This document shows positions 50,198 to 59,118 of a stretch of 64,000 bases of DNA, one piece after another. Positions within the stretch are counted from its first letter, which is position 1. The number at the start of each line of letters is the position of its first letter. This DNA is from Candidatus Helarchaeota archaeon (lineage in GTDB: Archaea; Asgardarchaeota; Lokiarchaeia; Helarchaeales; RDOG01), in assembly GCA_019058315.1 (NCBI GenBank), contig JAHPZH010000004.1, positions 160,001-224,000 on the forward strand. Reading direction: 5' to 3'. The translations under genes were made by a program, and so were the position numbers. The notes beneath the pieces are model-generated. The model ran no database searches and had not been told where the DNA came from. It was given only the letters and a program-made list of their open reading frames with translations.

Positions 50198-51037
50198 TTA
50201 GCCTCCAGGGAATATAATTTTTAACGGCACTCCATATTGCCTCATTTTTTTTGATATATATGGGTTTTCTCTTTTAATTCGAAATGCCATGCCACAAGCG
50301 TTATCTTTTTTTGACCTTCTACGTCCTGGACCTGAATATGGAACTATTTCTAAAAATTTATACAACTCATTAGCTAACTCTTTATATTTAGCAGAATCGG
50401 CTCTTAATATACGATAAATTACTTCAGGGTTGTATTTTAATTCCTGAGCCATCTTATTTGCTGTGCGAATTCCCCAATATACTTCAGGCATATCCTTCGA
50501 AATATAATCGCTCCAATACGCTTCAGCCATCGCATCTACTATCTTCTTTACTTTGGGATACTTTGGAGGTTCAACTGAGGATATGTAAGGATATAACGTG
50601 CTTAAATTTCCATCAATGAAAACAAATAATGCATCTTCCTTCATTTCAATAGATGTTTTAAAACCTCGCATTTTATTTCCAATTTTTTCTATAATTTCTC
50701 TAACTTTTTCAATAGAATTTCCAGTTTTTTTATAATTAATCGTGAGAATATTGGATGGGTTGAAAATAGATTTTTTCTCTTGAATGAAACCTAGTTGTCG
50801 TATCATAATCATCTTTGAGGTAAATCTAATAAAACTATATTCATTATCAACTGATATATGAAAAGAAATTAAAATATTATAATCATTATTCGATGATTTC
50901 TCAATATTCAATGTATCTTCTTGTAAGAGAATTTGCTTTATTTCCAAATTATTAGAAAGATCATCAAGATTGTTCAATTCATCTTCTAAAATATTCCAAT
51001 TGTTTTGGACTTTATTATAAAGAATAGAATTAGACAT
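50198..51037 (-). CDS. Hypothetical protein with C-terminal winged-HTH-like motif (putative regulator)
   Basis: TANKMAQELKYNPEVIYRILR HTH-like segment followed by a basic wing GPGRRRSKK. Confidence 0.6.
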   Translation of the reverse strand: MSNSILYNKVQNNWNILEDELNNLDDLSNNLEIKQILLQEDTLNIEKSSNNDYNILISFHISVDNEYSFIRFTSKMIMIRQLGFIQEKKSIFNPSNILTINYKKTGNSIEKVREIIEKIGNKMRGFKTSIEMKEDALFVFIDGNLSTLYPYISSVEPPKYPKVKKIVDAMAEAYWSDYISKDMPEVYWGIRTANKMAQELKYNPEVIYRILRADSAKYKELANELYKFLEIVPYSGPGRRRSKKDNACGMAFRIKRENPYISKKMRQYGVPLKIIFPGG

Positions 51038-51059
51038 ATTATCAATCCTTATTTTTTAT

Positions 51060-51132
51060 AAGTGTGCAAAATATTTATACATTTTCACACAGTAAAAGTG
51101 TAGGAAAATATGCTTATATTTTCTCACAGTAA
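51060..51132. promoter_or_regulatory. Two abutting 36/37-bp direct repeats, each an imperfect palindrome (putative operator)
   Basis: AAGTGTGCAAAATATTTATACATTTTCACACAGTAA followed by AAGTGTAGGAAAATATGCTTATATTTTCTCACAGTAA in a 145-bp divergent intergenic region. Confidence 0.7.
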
Positions 51133-51182
51133 TAATTATAATAGGACAATATTTTGAAATTAAATTTTGAAAGTGATAAAAA

Positions 51183-51437
51183 ATGGTTGAATATAGATTC
51201 AGATTAACCGGTGTACCGCCAGATCAGGCCGTTAAAACCGTAGATATAGATGTTAATCAAAATGTCGCAGAAGCGAAAAAAGCAGTAAGAAAAGCATATA
51301 AACTAAATCCCATTTTAACAATTCAATTCATTCATAAAGGTAAAGTTTTACCTGATAATGTCAGATTTGCAAGCTTGGGGATTTTTCCTAAAAAAGATGT
51401 AATTACAGTAATGGCAACCCAGGCTGGCGGTTTATAA
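51183..51437 (+). CDS. Ubiquitin-like (beta-grasp) protein ending GG-L
   Basis: 84 aa; IQFIHKGKVLPD parallels ubiquitin RLIFAGKQLED; C-terminal AGG plus one residue. Confidence 0.85.
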   Translation: MVEYRFRLTGVPPDQAVKTVDIDVNQNVAEAKKAVRKAYKLNPILTIQFIHKGKVLPDNVRFASLGIFPKKDVITVMATQAGGL

Positions 51438-51442
51438 AACCA

Positions 51443-51480
51443 CTTTTTTTATTTCTTTTTTACTTTTCAACTTTTTTAAG
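51443..51480 (+). terminator. Oligo-T archaeal intrinsic terminator-like tract after the UBL gene
   Basis: CTTTTTTTATTTCTTTTTTACTTTT immediately after the stop codon. Confidence 0.5.
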
Positions 51481-51568
51481 TCTAATTTTATATATTTGAA
51501 ATTGAAATTAATTTATACATTTTATTATTTTTTTGACTTTCCTAAATTAAATTGAGCCGTGTATAGAA

Positions 51569-52147
51569 TTGAAGGAATTTGCAGAACTTCGAGAGCTTAT
51601 AAGTGATAAAATAGATGAATTACGGAATAAAATAAAAGAAATGCAAAATGAATTGAACAGCTATACCAATATATTAATAAAAATTGACTCTATACTCGAA
51701 AAAGAAAGTTTTAAAACAGCAGCTGAAATATATGACGCCGAACCTAAAGAATCAAAAATAGAAACTAAACCTGCGAAATCTAGCGAAGCTATTATTGAAA
51801 AAGAGTTTGAAATCCAATCATCAGAAGAGCAACTTTTAGGAAAAATGATGGTAAAAAAAGATTCAATTATTATTACTCCGACTAATAATATCAAAGTACC
51901 TGAAAATGCTCCTCCTTTTAAAACATTCTTTTTGGGTAGAATATTAAAACAAATGGAAGATGAAGATCAAGAAGCCATTAAAAATGGTAAAATTGATAAA
52001 GATAAAGCAATATCATATGAAATTACTAAATCTAAAGAAAATTTTATAGAAAAGATTACTATAAAAAATTATCGTTCGTATAATAGAAGTATTAAAATAT
52101 TAGATACTATTAGCTGGACTTTTAGAACTATTTTAAAGCCAAAATGA
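51569..52147 (+). CDS. Conserved hypothetical archaeal protein (N-terminal coiled coil plus alpha/beta domain)
   Basis: PPF..F...RIL..M...D and I.I.NY....R...I....WT pattern that I recall from uncharacterised TACK/Asgard proteins. Confidence 0.7.
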   Translation: MKEFAELRELISDKIDELRNKIKEMQNELNSYTNILIKIDSILEKESFKTAAEIYDAEPKESKIETKPAKSSEAIIEKEFEIQSSEEQLLGKMMVKKDSIIITPTNNIKVPENAPPFKTFFLGRILKQMEDEDQEAIKNGKIDKDKAISYEITKSKENFIEKITIKNYRSYNRSIKILDTISWTFRTILKPK

Positions 52148-52368
52148 CCACTAATTAATAACTCCTAATCACTTCAAACAATTTCAAATTTGTGTGTAGT
52201 TGATAAATTAAAGTCGACATTATCTTAGAAGCTAAATGATATCTCATTTAATAAAATATAGAAAAAAATATACCAAAAAAGGGGCGAAATTTTCAAAAAT
52301 TTTAGGCATCAAAATGATTTAAGCCATTCTATGAATTCTCTAATTAATAATTTAGAAGAGTAAATGAA

Positions 52369-52872
52369 ATGGATAAAGGAAAAAAAATAACGAGCTTATC
52401 AATAGAAGATTTGGCTAAGTCTCAAATATTAAATTCCGAATATGGAATGTTTAAAAATCTTGAGCAGAAAATAAAAAGTTTAGAATTGAAAATCACCGAT
52501 TTAAATGCAAGACAATCAAGACTTGAGAGTAAATTAAATCAATTTGATGACATAACTAAAAGAATTGAAAATCAACTGATCAAATTGAATGAATATTCTA
52601 ATGAAGCTAAACCTAATTCTGATATTGAACAAGAACAACATTTCGATCCGGAATTTCTTAAAGCTTCAGATTTAATCCAAATTAATAAAAATAATAATCC
52701 TGAAGAATCAGTCATTCAATCAAAAATTAAAATATGTAATCAGTTGTTAAATTATTTGCAAAAACAATTTGAGTCGAAATCCATTACAGATAAAGAATAT
52801 GAAGTAAATAAACAGAAAATAAAATTAAAAATTAAGCAATTAGAACAAAAAATTAACAAAAATAAGGATTAA
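52369..52872 (+). CDS. Coiled-coil protein with SHOCT-like C-terminus
   Basis: Heptad region; L...F....IT..EY...K..I tail. Confidence 0.65.
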   Translation: MDKGKKITSLSIEDLAKSQILNSEYGMFKNLEQKIKSLELKITDLNARQSRLESKLNQFDDITKRIENQLIKLNEYSNEAKPNSDIEQEQHFDPEFLKASDLIQINKNNNPEESVIQSKIKICNQLLNYLQKQFESKSITDKEYEVNKQKIKLKIKQLEQKINKNKD

Positions 52873-52903
52873 TAAAATAAAAAAATAGAAAAAAAATAAT
52901 TTT

Positions 52904-55900
52904 TTATTCTGTTTCTTTCTTTTCCTTTGCTTTTCTACTTAATTCCGATCCAAAACCCTTTACTGCTTGGATGAATCCTGATATTAAAGTTGGATCTAAA
53001 CCTTTTTCTACTTCGTAATTAAAGATATCTATTCCCGTTCCTTTATGTATTACCAAAATATGTCGAATATTTGCAACGTCTGCAACTGAAGAAATAGTCT
53101 TTTTCTTCTCAGCTTCTATTTTTACTTTTCTCCTTCTAGCTCCTACTCCCGCGACAATAGCAATTGCTGCAACACCTACTGCCCCTATAACAATAAATAA
53201 GATAATTGGATCAAGTCCTTTTGGACCTAAAAGTGCACCAAGTAAAGCTGCCATTAAGTTTTCTCCTGGAGAAGGAAGGACTACAACAGTGAACTTTCTT
53301 ATAGACGAACTGGTTAATCCAGCAGCATCGGTAACATTGACTTCAATTGTAACATTTCCAGCTGGAATTTGTGTATTGCTGCGAAATTCGTATATTCCTG
53401 AAGGTGAACCAACTGGATTTAAAAAGATTGTAAAACGAGAATCATTTATCATGACCGATTGAATATTTGAACCTGTTCCATCTACAGTACCATTAATTTT
53501 TATAATAACTTCTTCAGTTTGGTCTCCATCTGAAGCAGGGAAAGTAATCGAGATGGTTGGATTAGTATTATCGATATCAGAAAATCTAGTAGTTGATGTT
53601 GTCAATGCCGCTGAATCAGTCACATTTACTAATACTGAAATATTTCCATCTGGGATGAATGTGTTATTTCTGAATTCATATGCACCAGAAGGAGTGCCTG
53701 ATGGATTAGTGAAAATAGTAAATCTGGAATCATTTATCATGACTGATATTATGTTTGAACCAGTTCCATCCGCATTTCCGCTAATAGAAATAATCACTCC
53801 AGTATCAATATCTCCATTGGAAGCAGGATCTGTAATCGAAATTGTGGGGTTTGTATTATCAATGTCAAACCATCTTGTAGCTGAGGTAGTTAACAGTGGC
53901 ACATTTGTAACATTAACACGGATTCCAAGGTTTCCATCTGGGATAAATGTATTATTTCTGAATTCATATGCTCCGGAAGGCGATCCAGTAGGATCAGTAA
54001 AAATGGTAAATCGAGAATCATTTATGGTAACTGATATTATATTTGAACCAGTTCCATCCACATTTCCACTAATTGATATAATCGCTCCAGTATCAATATC
54101 TCCATTGGAAGCAGGATCTGTAATCGAGATTGAAGGATATGTATTATCAACATCGCACCATCGAGTAGTTGAAGTTGTAAGACTTGCAGAATCTGTAACA
54201 TTAACAAGGATTCCAAGATTTCCATCTGGGATGAACGTATTATTTCGGAATTCATAAGCTCCAGAAGGTGATCCAGAAGGATCGGTGAAGATAGTAAATC
54301 GGGAATCATTAATATTGACTGATGTTATGTTTGAACCAGTTCCATCCGCATTTCCGCTAATTGATATAATCGCTCCCGAATCAATTTCTCCATCAGAAGC
54401 AGGATCTGTAATTGAGATTGAAGGATATGTATTATCAACATCGCACCATCGAGTAGTTGAAGTTGTAAGACCTGCAGAATCTGTAACATTAACAAGGATT
54501 CCAAGATTTCCGTCTGGGATGAAGGTATTATTACGAAATTCATAAGCTCCAGAAGGAGTACCTGATGGATCAGTAAATATAGAAAATCTTGAATCATTTA
54601 TCATGACAGAGGCAATATAAGAACCTGTGCCATCCGCATTACCACTTATAGATATAATTGCACCAGTGTCTATATCTCCATCAGATGAAGGATCAGTTAT
54701 TGAAATAGTTGGGTATACATTATCTATATTGAACCATCTAGTTGCCAATGAGGTCCTACCAGCAAAATCTGTCACATTAACTTCAATCGAAATTAATCCA
54801 TTTGGGATAAATGTGTTATTATTGAATGCATAAATCCCACTAGGTGTATAAGAAGGATCAATTGAAATAGTAAACCTTGAATCGTTGATCATTACAGAAT
54901 ATATATCTGTGCCAGTTCCATCAACAGTACCATTTATCCAAATAATATTACTTGTGATATTTGCATTATTTACCGTAGGATAACTTATAGAAATTGTCGG
55001 ATCTAGTGGATCTAATATTATCCAACGCCAATTTGATCCATTATTTCCAGCATAATCTTCAGCAACTATTGTAATATTATTCCAACCTTGTAGTAAACCG
55101 ATAAGCTGATTAGTGGATGTCCCCACATATTGACTTGAACCATTTCTAAATACTTGATATATTCTAATACCACTTTCTAGATCAAAACTACTTGTCCAAT
55201 TAACTGGAACTGGTGTAACACTGCTATTTAATTTATTAACCGGAATATCAATAATAACAGAGGGATTAATGACATCTTGAGTTAAATTCCAATAAATTGT
55301 AAACATTTGAGTTAAATAACCTTGTTTAGAAGCAGTTATGTTTATTTCAAATGTATTATTCAAAGTATAATCGGTATAATTAAGTTGTATATTATAAGTC
55401 TGATCGATTCCATTCCAGTATAAATTACCTTCTTGTCCTGTTTCATTTGTTGTATAATTAACATTGGAATTTGATAAGTTAGCCCCTGTATCCCAATTGA
55501 AATAATTTACTTGTATTGTTAAATTAAACGGATCATAATTGCTCGTAATAACATTTACTGGTAGAATTCGATTTAAACTTGTATTATAAACAAGATCAAA
55601 CGTTCTACTCTGCGTTGCATTATTAAACCAATCTTTCGAACCATTTACCACAATTTGATAGGTCCCATTGACAAAATTATCGGATGATATAGTATAATTG
55701 TAATATCCTGGAGTGGCACTACTTTGTAAGGTATCTTCAAGCACTAGTGTATGACCAGCACTTTCATTATATATATGAAATGTAAGATTCGCACCTGTTA
55801 TAGGGGCGTTTGCATGTGTATCATTGAAATAAGCAGTCAAATTAATATCTTGACCGATAAGTTGAATACCAGTTATTTCGTTCTCATTAATTAATGCAAT

Positions 55901-57598
55901 CTCTGTATCATTAATTACAAGAATATACGTCTGGTTAATTCCTGCAAATGTATTATTACTCCAAACTATTTGAACTGTATAATTCCCAGTGGTAGCATCG
56001 GTTGGAACAGTTAAATTAAAAAACACAAAACTTCCAAGAGATGCACTACTAACAGAAGTCCAAGCAGCGGTTAAATCATCATTTGTGGTATTATATATTG
56101 TTAAATTAACTATACCATCTGTAAACCCATTGACTGTAGCATTTACTTGAATTGCATCCCCATGCACAAATGCTTGAGGGTGATAAACAGTAACTATAGT
56201 GGACTGGTTTAATGCCAGATTTATATCACGAGGAGGGTTCTGAAACGTGAAATGCCAATTTCCATCAGTTAAAATATCATCGGTATTATTGGAAAGGTAA
56301 ATCCATTTATTATTTTGTACTATTCCGTTTGTTACATTTAGCCCAGAAGAATTTAAGGCTAAATTCATGGTCCAATTTGAATTTGGTTTATAAATTGTCA
56401 CTGTATAATTTGTTAATGATTCTCCGTAGGCTGGAATTGGATTAGATACAGTAAAATTCGTTATCCAGTTAACCAATTGTCCATTATGGGTTATATTATA
56501 TATTACATTGTCGGTTAATGTCTCGTTAAAATTTTTCGAGGTCCAAGTCAAGTTACAAGAATAACTAGCATTTGTAGATATTATAACTGATTTATTTTCT
56601 CCGTCATTATCTGCAAAATTAAAATTAGAGACGGTGCTATTAACATCATAAACGGTGCTATCAATTGTCATATTCATATCAATTTCTTCTGGATTCATAT
56701 TAGTTAATGTGTTATTCGAAGAATCGATATAAACCGTTCTCAGTTTTAATGATAAATCTTGGGTATTAACTTGACTCCACACTCCGACATATTGATATAT
56801 ATATCCCTCATCAACATTATCTCCACCATTAAAAGTGGTATCCCAATTATATATCCAATGAACACCAGTGGTCCCTGGGATGCTATCTACTAAATTTGTA
56901 GCGTTAATCACAAAATAATAATAACCCGCAGTTAAATTGACGTTTATATTATTGAAAACATTCCAAGTGGTAGATCCAAATGTAGTAACTCTTGTATCGC
57001 TCCAGATCGATGTATTTGGTGCTAGACCAACTCCAGTTGCGTTCCAGATCTCAATGTCATAATTACCTGCAAAGAGAATCAAATAACCATAGATACTGAT
57101 ATCGGTTATTCTAGAATCTCTTGAAAGATTAAAAGACATTGCATAAGGAGATGAAGAACTGCTAAGAATATATTTTAAAGCACTATGATTCTCTTCAATA
57201 TCAATCCAAGTAGGTTCTGCAGAAATATTTTGTATATTAATTTCATAAGATGTACGATTATAATCTGAGGGAGTAGTAATATCTATATCACGTTCGTTAG
57301 CACTTACACCTAATTCATCATTTGTCTGATTTCTTAAGTTTTGTACAAGCCAATTAAGATTTGTTTTATTAGATTCGACGGTCTGATTAACTTTCAAAGG
57401 ACTCCTTGTACCATTTGCTTGATCCTTTGAAATTTCATCAAAAACATCCGTGTTAATATCTGGATTTTGATTATTAGCGTTTTGTTTACATAAAGGTGGT
57501 AAAATGTCAAGATTATTACTTTGAACAATTCCATGAATTGCAAGAAATGGCGAGACCATCATCAACATTAATACAAAAAAGATAGCTTTATTTCGCAT
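52904..57598 (-). CDS. Giant single-pass cell-surface glycoprotein with six 96-aa Ig-like repeats and a cytoplasmic longin-like fragment
   Basis: Signal peptide MRNKAIFF..., very high NxS/T density, C-terminal TM followed by RRRK, then NIRHILVIHKGTG...LISGFIQAV..FG.EL. Confidence 0.9.
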   Translation of the reverse strand: MRNKAIFFVLMLMMVSPFLAIHGIVQSNNLDILPPLCKQNANNQNPDINTDVFDEISKDQANGTRSPLKVNQTVESNKTNLNWLVQNLRNQTNDELGVSANERDIDITTPSDYNRTSYEINIQNISAEPTWIDIEENHSALKYILSSSSSPYAMSFNLSRDSRITDISIYGYLILFAGNYDIEIWNATGVGLAPNTSIWSDTRVTTFGSTTWNVFNNINVNLTAGYYYFVINATNLVDSIPGTTGVHWIYNWDTTFNGGDNVDEGYIYQYVGVWSQVNTQDLSLKLRTVYIDSSNNTLTNMNPEEIDMNMTIDSTVYDVNSTVSNFNFADNDGENKSVIISTNASYSCNLTWTSKNFNETLTDNVIYNITHNGQLVNWITNFTVSNPIPAYGESLTNYTVTIYKPNSNWTMNLALNSSGLNVTNGIVQNNKWIYLSNNTDDILTDGNWHFTFQNPPRDINLALNQSTIVTVYHPQAFVHGDAIQVNATVNGFTDGIVNLTIYNTTNDDLTAAWTSVSSASLGSFVFFNLTVPTDATTGNYTVQIVWSNNTFAGINQTYILVINDTEIALINENEITGIQLIGQDINLTAYFNDTHANAPITGANLTFHIYNESAGHTLVLEDTLQSSATPGYYNYTISSDNFVNGTYQIVVNGSKDWFNNATQSRTFDLVYNTSLNRILPVNVITSNYDPFNLTIQVNYFNWDTGANLSNSNVNYTTNETGQEGNLYWNGIDQTYNIQLNYTDYTLNNTFEINITASKQGYLTQMFTIYWNLTQDVINPSVIIDIPVNKLNSSVTPVPVNWTSSFDLESGIRIYQVFRNGSSQYVGTSTNQLIGLLQGWNNITIVAEDYAGNNGSNWRWIILDPLDPTISISYPTVNNANITSNIIWINGTVDGTGTDIYSVMINDSRFTISIDPSYTPSGIYAFNNNTFIPNGLISIEVNVTDFAGRTSLATRWFNIDNVYPTISITDPSSDGDIDTGAIISISGNADGTGSYIASVMINDSRFSIFTDPSGTPSGAYEFRNNTFIPDGNLGILVNVTDSAGLTTSTTRWCDVDNTYPSISITDPASDGEIDSGAIISISGNADGTGSNITSVNINDSRFTIFTDPSGSPSGAYEFRNNTFIPDGNLGILVNVTDSASLTTSTTRWCDVDNTYPSISITDPASNGDIDTGAIISISGNVDGTGSNIISVTINDSRFTIFTDPTGSPSGAYEFRNNTFIPDGNLGIRVNVTNVPLLTTSATRWFDIDNTNPTISITDPASNGDIDTGVIISISGNADGTGSNIISVMINDSRFTIFTNPSGTPSGAYEFRNNTFIPDGNISVLVNVTDSAALTTSTTRFSDIDNTNPTISITFPASDGDQTEEVIIKINGTVDGTGSNIQSVMINDSRFTIFLNPVGSPSGIYEFRSNTQIPAGNVTIEVNVTDAAGLTSSSIRKFTVVVLPSPGENLMAALLGALLGPKGLDPIILFIVIGAVGVAAIAIVAGVGARRRKVKIEAEKKKTISSVADVANIRHILVIHKGTGIDIFNYEVEKGLDPTLISGFIQAVKGFGSELSRKAKEKKETE
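53285..55012 (-). repeat. Six tandem 288-bp (96-aa) repeats
   Basis: Recurrent DNTYPTISITDP..DG...G.ADGTGSNI.SVMINDSRF...PSGAYEFRNN..IPDG...VNVTD. Confidence 0.92.
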
Positions 57599-57947
57599 TA
57601 TTATTCCGACCTTTTTTAACTAATATAATTATTCCTTTTGCCTTTTTTAACAGATATTTGAAATTCTCATCATTTAAGTCAATAAAATCTCTAATTTCTG
57701 AAGATATTTTAATTCTCCCAATATTATCAACAGTACCAAACACTGATACGTGTTTACCTGGAAGTTCCATAGGTTTTTTTAAGTCTGATTCTTTACGAAA
57801 TTCAATGAAATTCTTTCCGATTTGATATAACTCTTGTAAAAGTGTATCTTTACTAATACCGAGTTCTTCCCGCCATTTTTTTGGCAAGACGATTCGATAT
57901 TTGTCAATTTTTACTTCTTTTTGCTCTAGCTCTTCTGTTGACATCAA
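57588..57947 (-). CDS. Tandem AbrB/MazE (MraZ-like) DNA-binding protein
   Basis: Two swapped-hairpin motifs: KIDKYRIVLPKKWREELGI and TVDNIGRIKISSEIRDFIDL. Confidence 0.75.
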   Translation of the reverse strand: MMSTEELEQKEVKIDKYRIVLPKKWREELGISKDTLLQELYQIGKNFIEFRKESDLKKPMELPGKHVSVFGTVDNIGRIKISSEIRDFIDLNDENFKYLLKKAKGIIILVKKGRNNNAK

Positions 57948-58214
57948 GAATATCTCCGATTTGTAATTGACTGAAATATACCTTAAATTAAGATGTATAT
58001 ATATTTTCCCTAAAATAGGAAAAAAATTTTTTTGAGATCAATTTTATGAATTTAAAAAAATTCAATGCTATTTTTATTTATGATTGGAAATTATTTTAAG
58101 AGTAGAATAAAAAAAAGAAAGTTTTATGTTTATTTACTTAATATTAAATTGCCGTAAAAAGTTTATTTTTTTATTTTTAGCTAAAAAGTCAACACCGTCT
58201 TTTTTAGTAGGTTG

Positions 58215-59060
58215 TTATGTCGTTATTTTATATTGGTCTAATTTTGATTTCGGTATTTTTAAAATTTCAAACAGTGGACCTAATTTTTTTATATTTCCTT
58301 CATATCTTTTTGTTTTTTTACCTTTAATTTCGATAATTAAATCTAATTCTTTTAATTTTGTGATAATATCATTAAACATTTTTGCGCTTAGGGCTGGGGC
58401 TTTTGTTGATAATGTAATTAATTCGCTTTTAGGATTCAATAAGATTAACTCTAGAACTGCAAAAATATCTTGATTTTTTAAAAATATAATAGATTCATGA
58501 TATTCAGGATTAATTTTAGATGCAAAATACCAAATTTTTAGATTAACTTTACTTTTTTTGATGTAATCGAAGTCTTCTAACATTTTCAAGTGATAAGCAG
58601 CTTGTTGAGGAGTTATATTTAATTGGTTTTGAATTTCTTTTAAAGTAGTTCCCGGAAAATTTGAAATGTAAACAGCAATTTTTTTTCTTTTATCGCTCTC
58701 AAGAATATTATCATCTGTAATTATAGTTTTTTTTGCTATGTAATTTTTCGTAATTAATTGATAAATAGCTTGACTAATTTCATATGCATTAAGTTTTAAT
58801 TTATTAACTGACAACCAATACAATTCTTGAATGTTTATAGAACCTTTTTTCATTAATTTTTCTGCGAATTTTAATATTGATGCTTCAGTGGATGAAATTT
58901 TTTCTTTATTCTTATCAAATTTCTCTTTTTTCTCCTCTTTGGTTTCAACTTTCTTATCCTTTTTTATTTCTTCTTTCTTATCTTCTTTTTTCTTTTTATC
59001 TTCTGGTATTGAGGGTTTTTGAAAAGGTATATATCTTGGAGCTCTTCTAGGTCGTTCCAT
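58215..59060 (-). CDS. Multi-winged-helix (ArsR-like) transcriptional regulator with charged N-terminal linker
   Basis: R..I...I...PG....EI...L......YHL..LE.F.YI HTH with flanking wH-like segments. Confidence 0.8.
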   Translation of the reverse strand: MERPRRAPRYIPFQKPSIPEDKKKKEDKKEEIKKDKKVETKEEKKEKFDKNKEKISSTEASILKFAEKLMKKGSINIQELYWLSVNKLKLNAYEISQAIYQLITKNYIAKKTIITDDNILESDKRKKIAVYISNFPGTTLKEIQNQLNITPQQAAYHLKMLEDFDYIKKSKVNLKIWYFASKINPEYHESIIFLKNQDIFAVLELILLNPKSELITLSTKAPALSAKMFNDIITKLKELDLIIEIKGKKTKRYEGNIKKLGPLFEILKIPKSKLDQYKITT

Positions 59061-59118
59061 TTTTTTTCATCACTAATTTTTTTTATTTTTAAATTTTTAA
59101 GTAATTTTTTATAATAAT

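Noticed and set aside
51060-51132. 36-37-bp palindromic repeats as a mini CRISPR array
   Set aside because: Only two imperfect copies, directly abutting with no spacer, and no cas genes in the window.
52148-52368. 30-codon minus-strand ORF (MRYHLASKIMS...) or small RNA in this spacer
   Set aside because: No recognisable motif and only short, weak hairpins; unsupported.
57588-57947. AbrB protein as a toxin-antitoxin antitoxin
   Set aside because: No PIN/MazF-type toxin is adjacent; the downstream gene is a surface protein.
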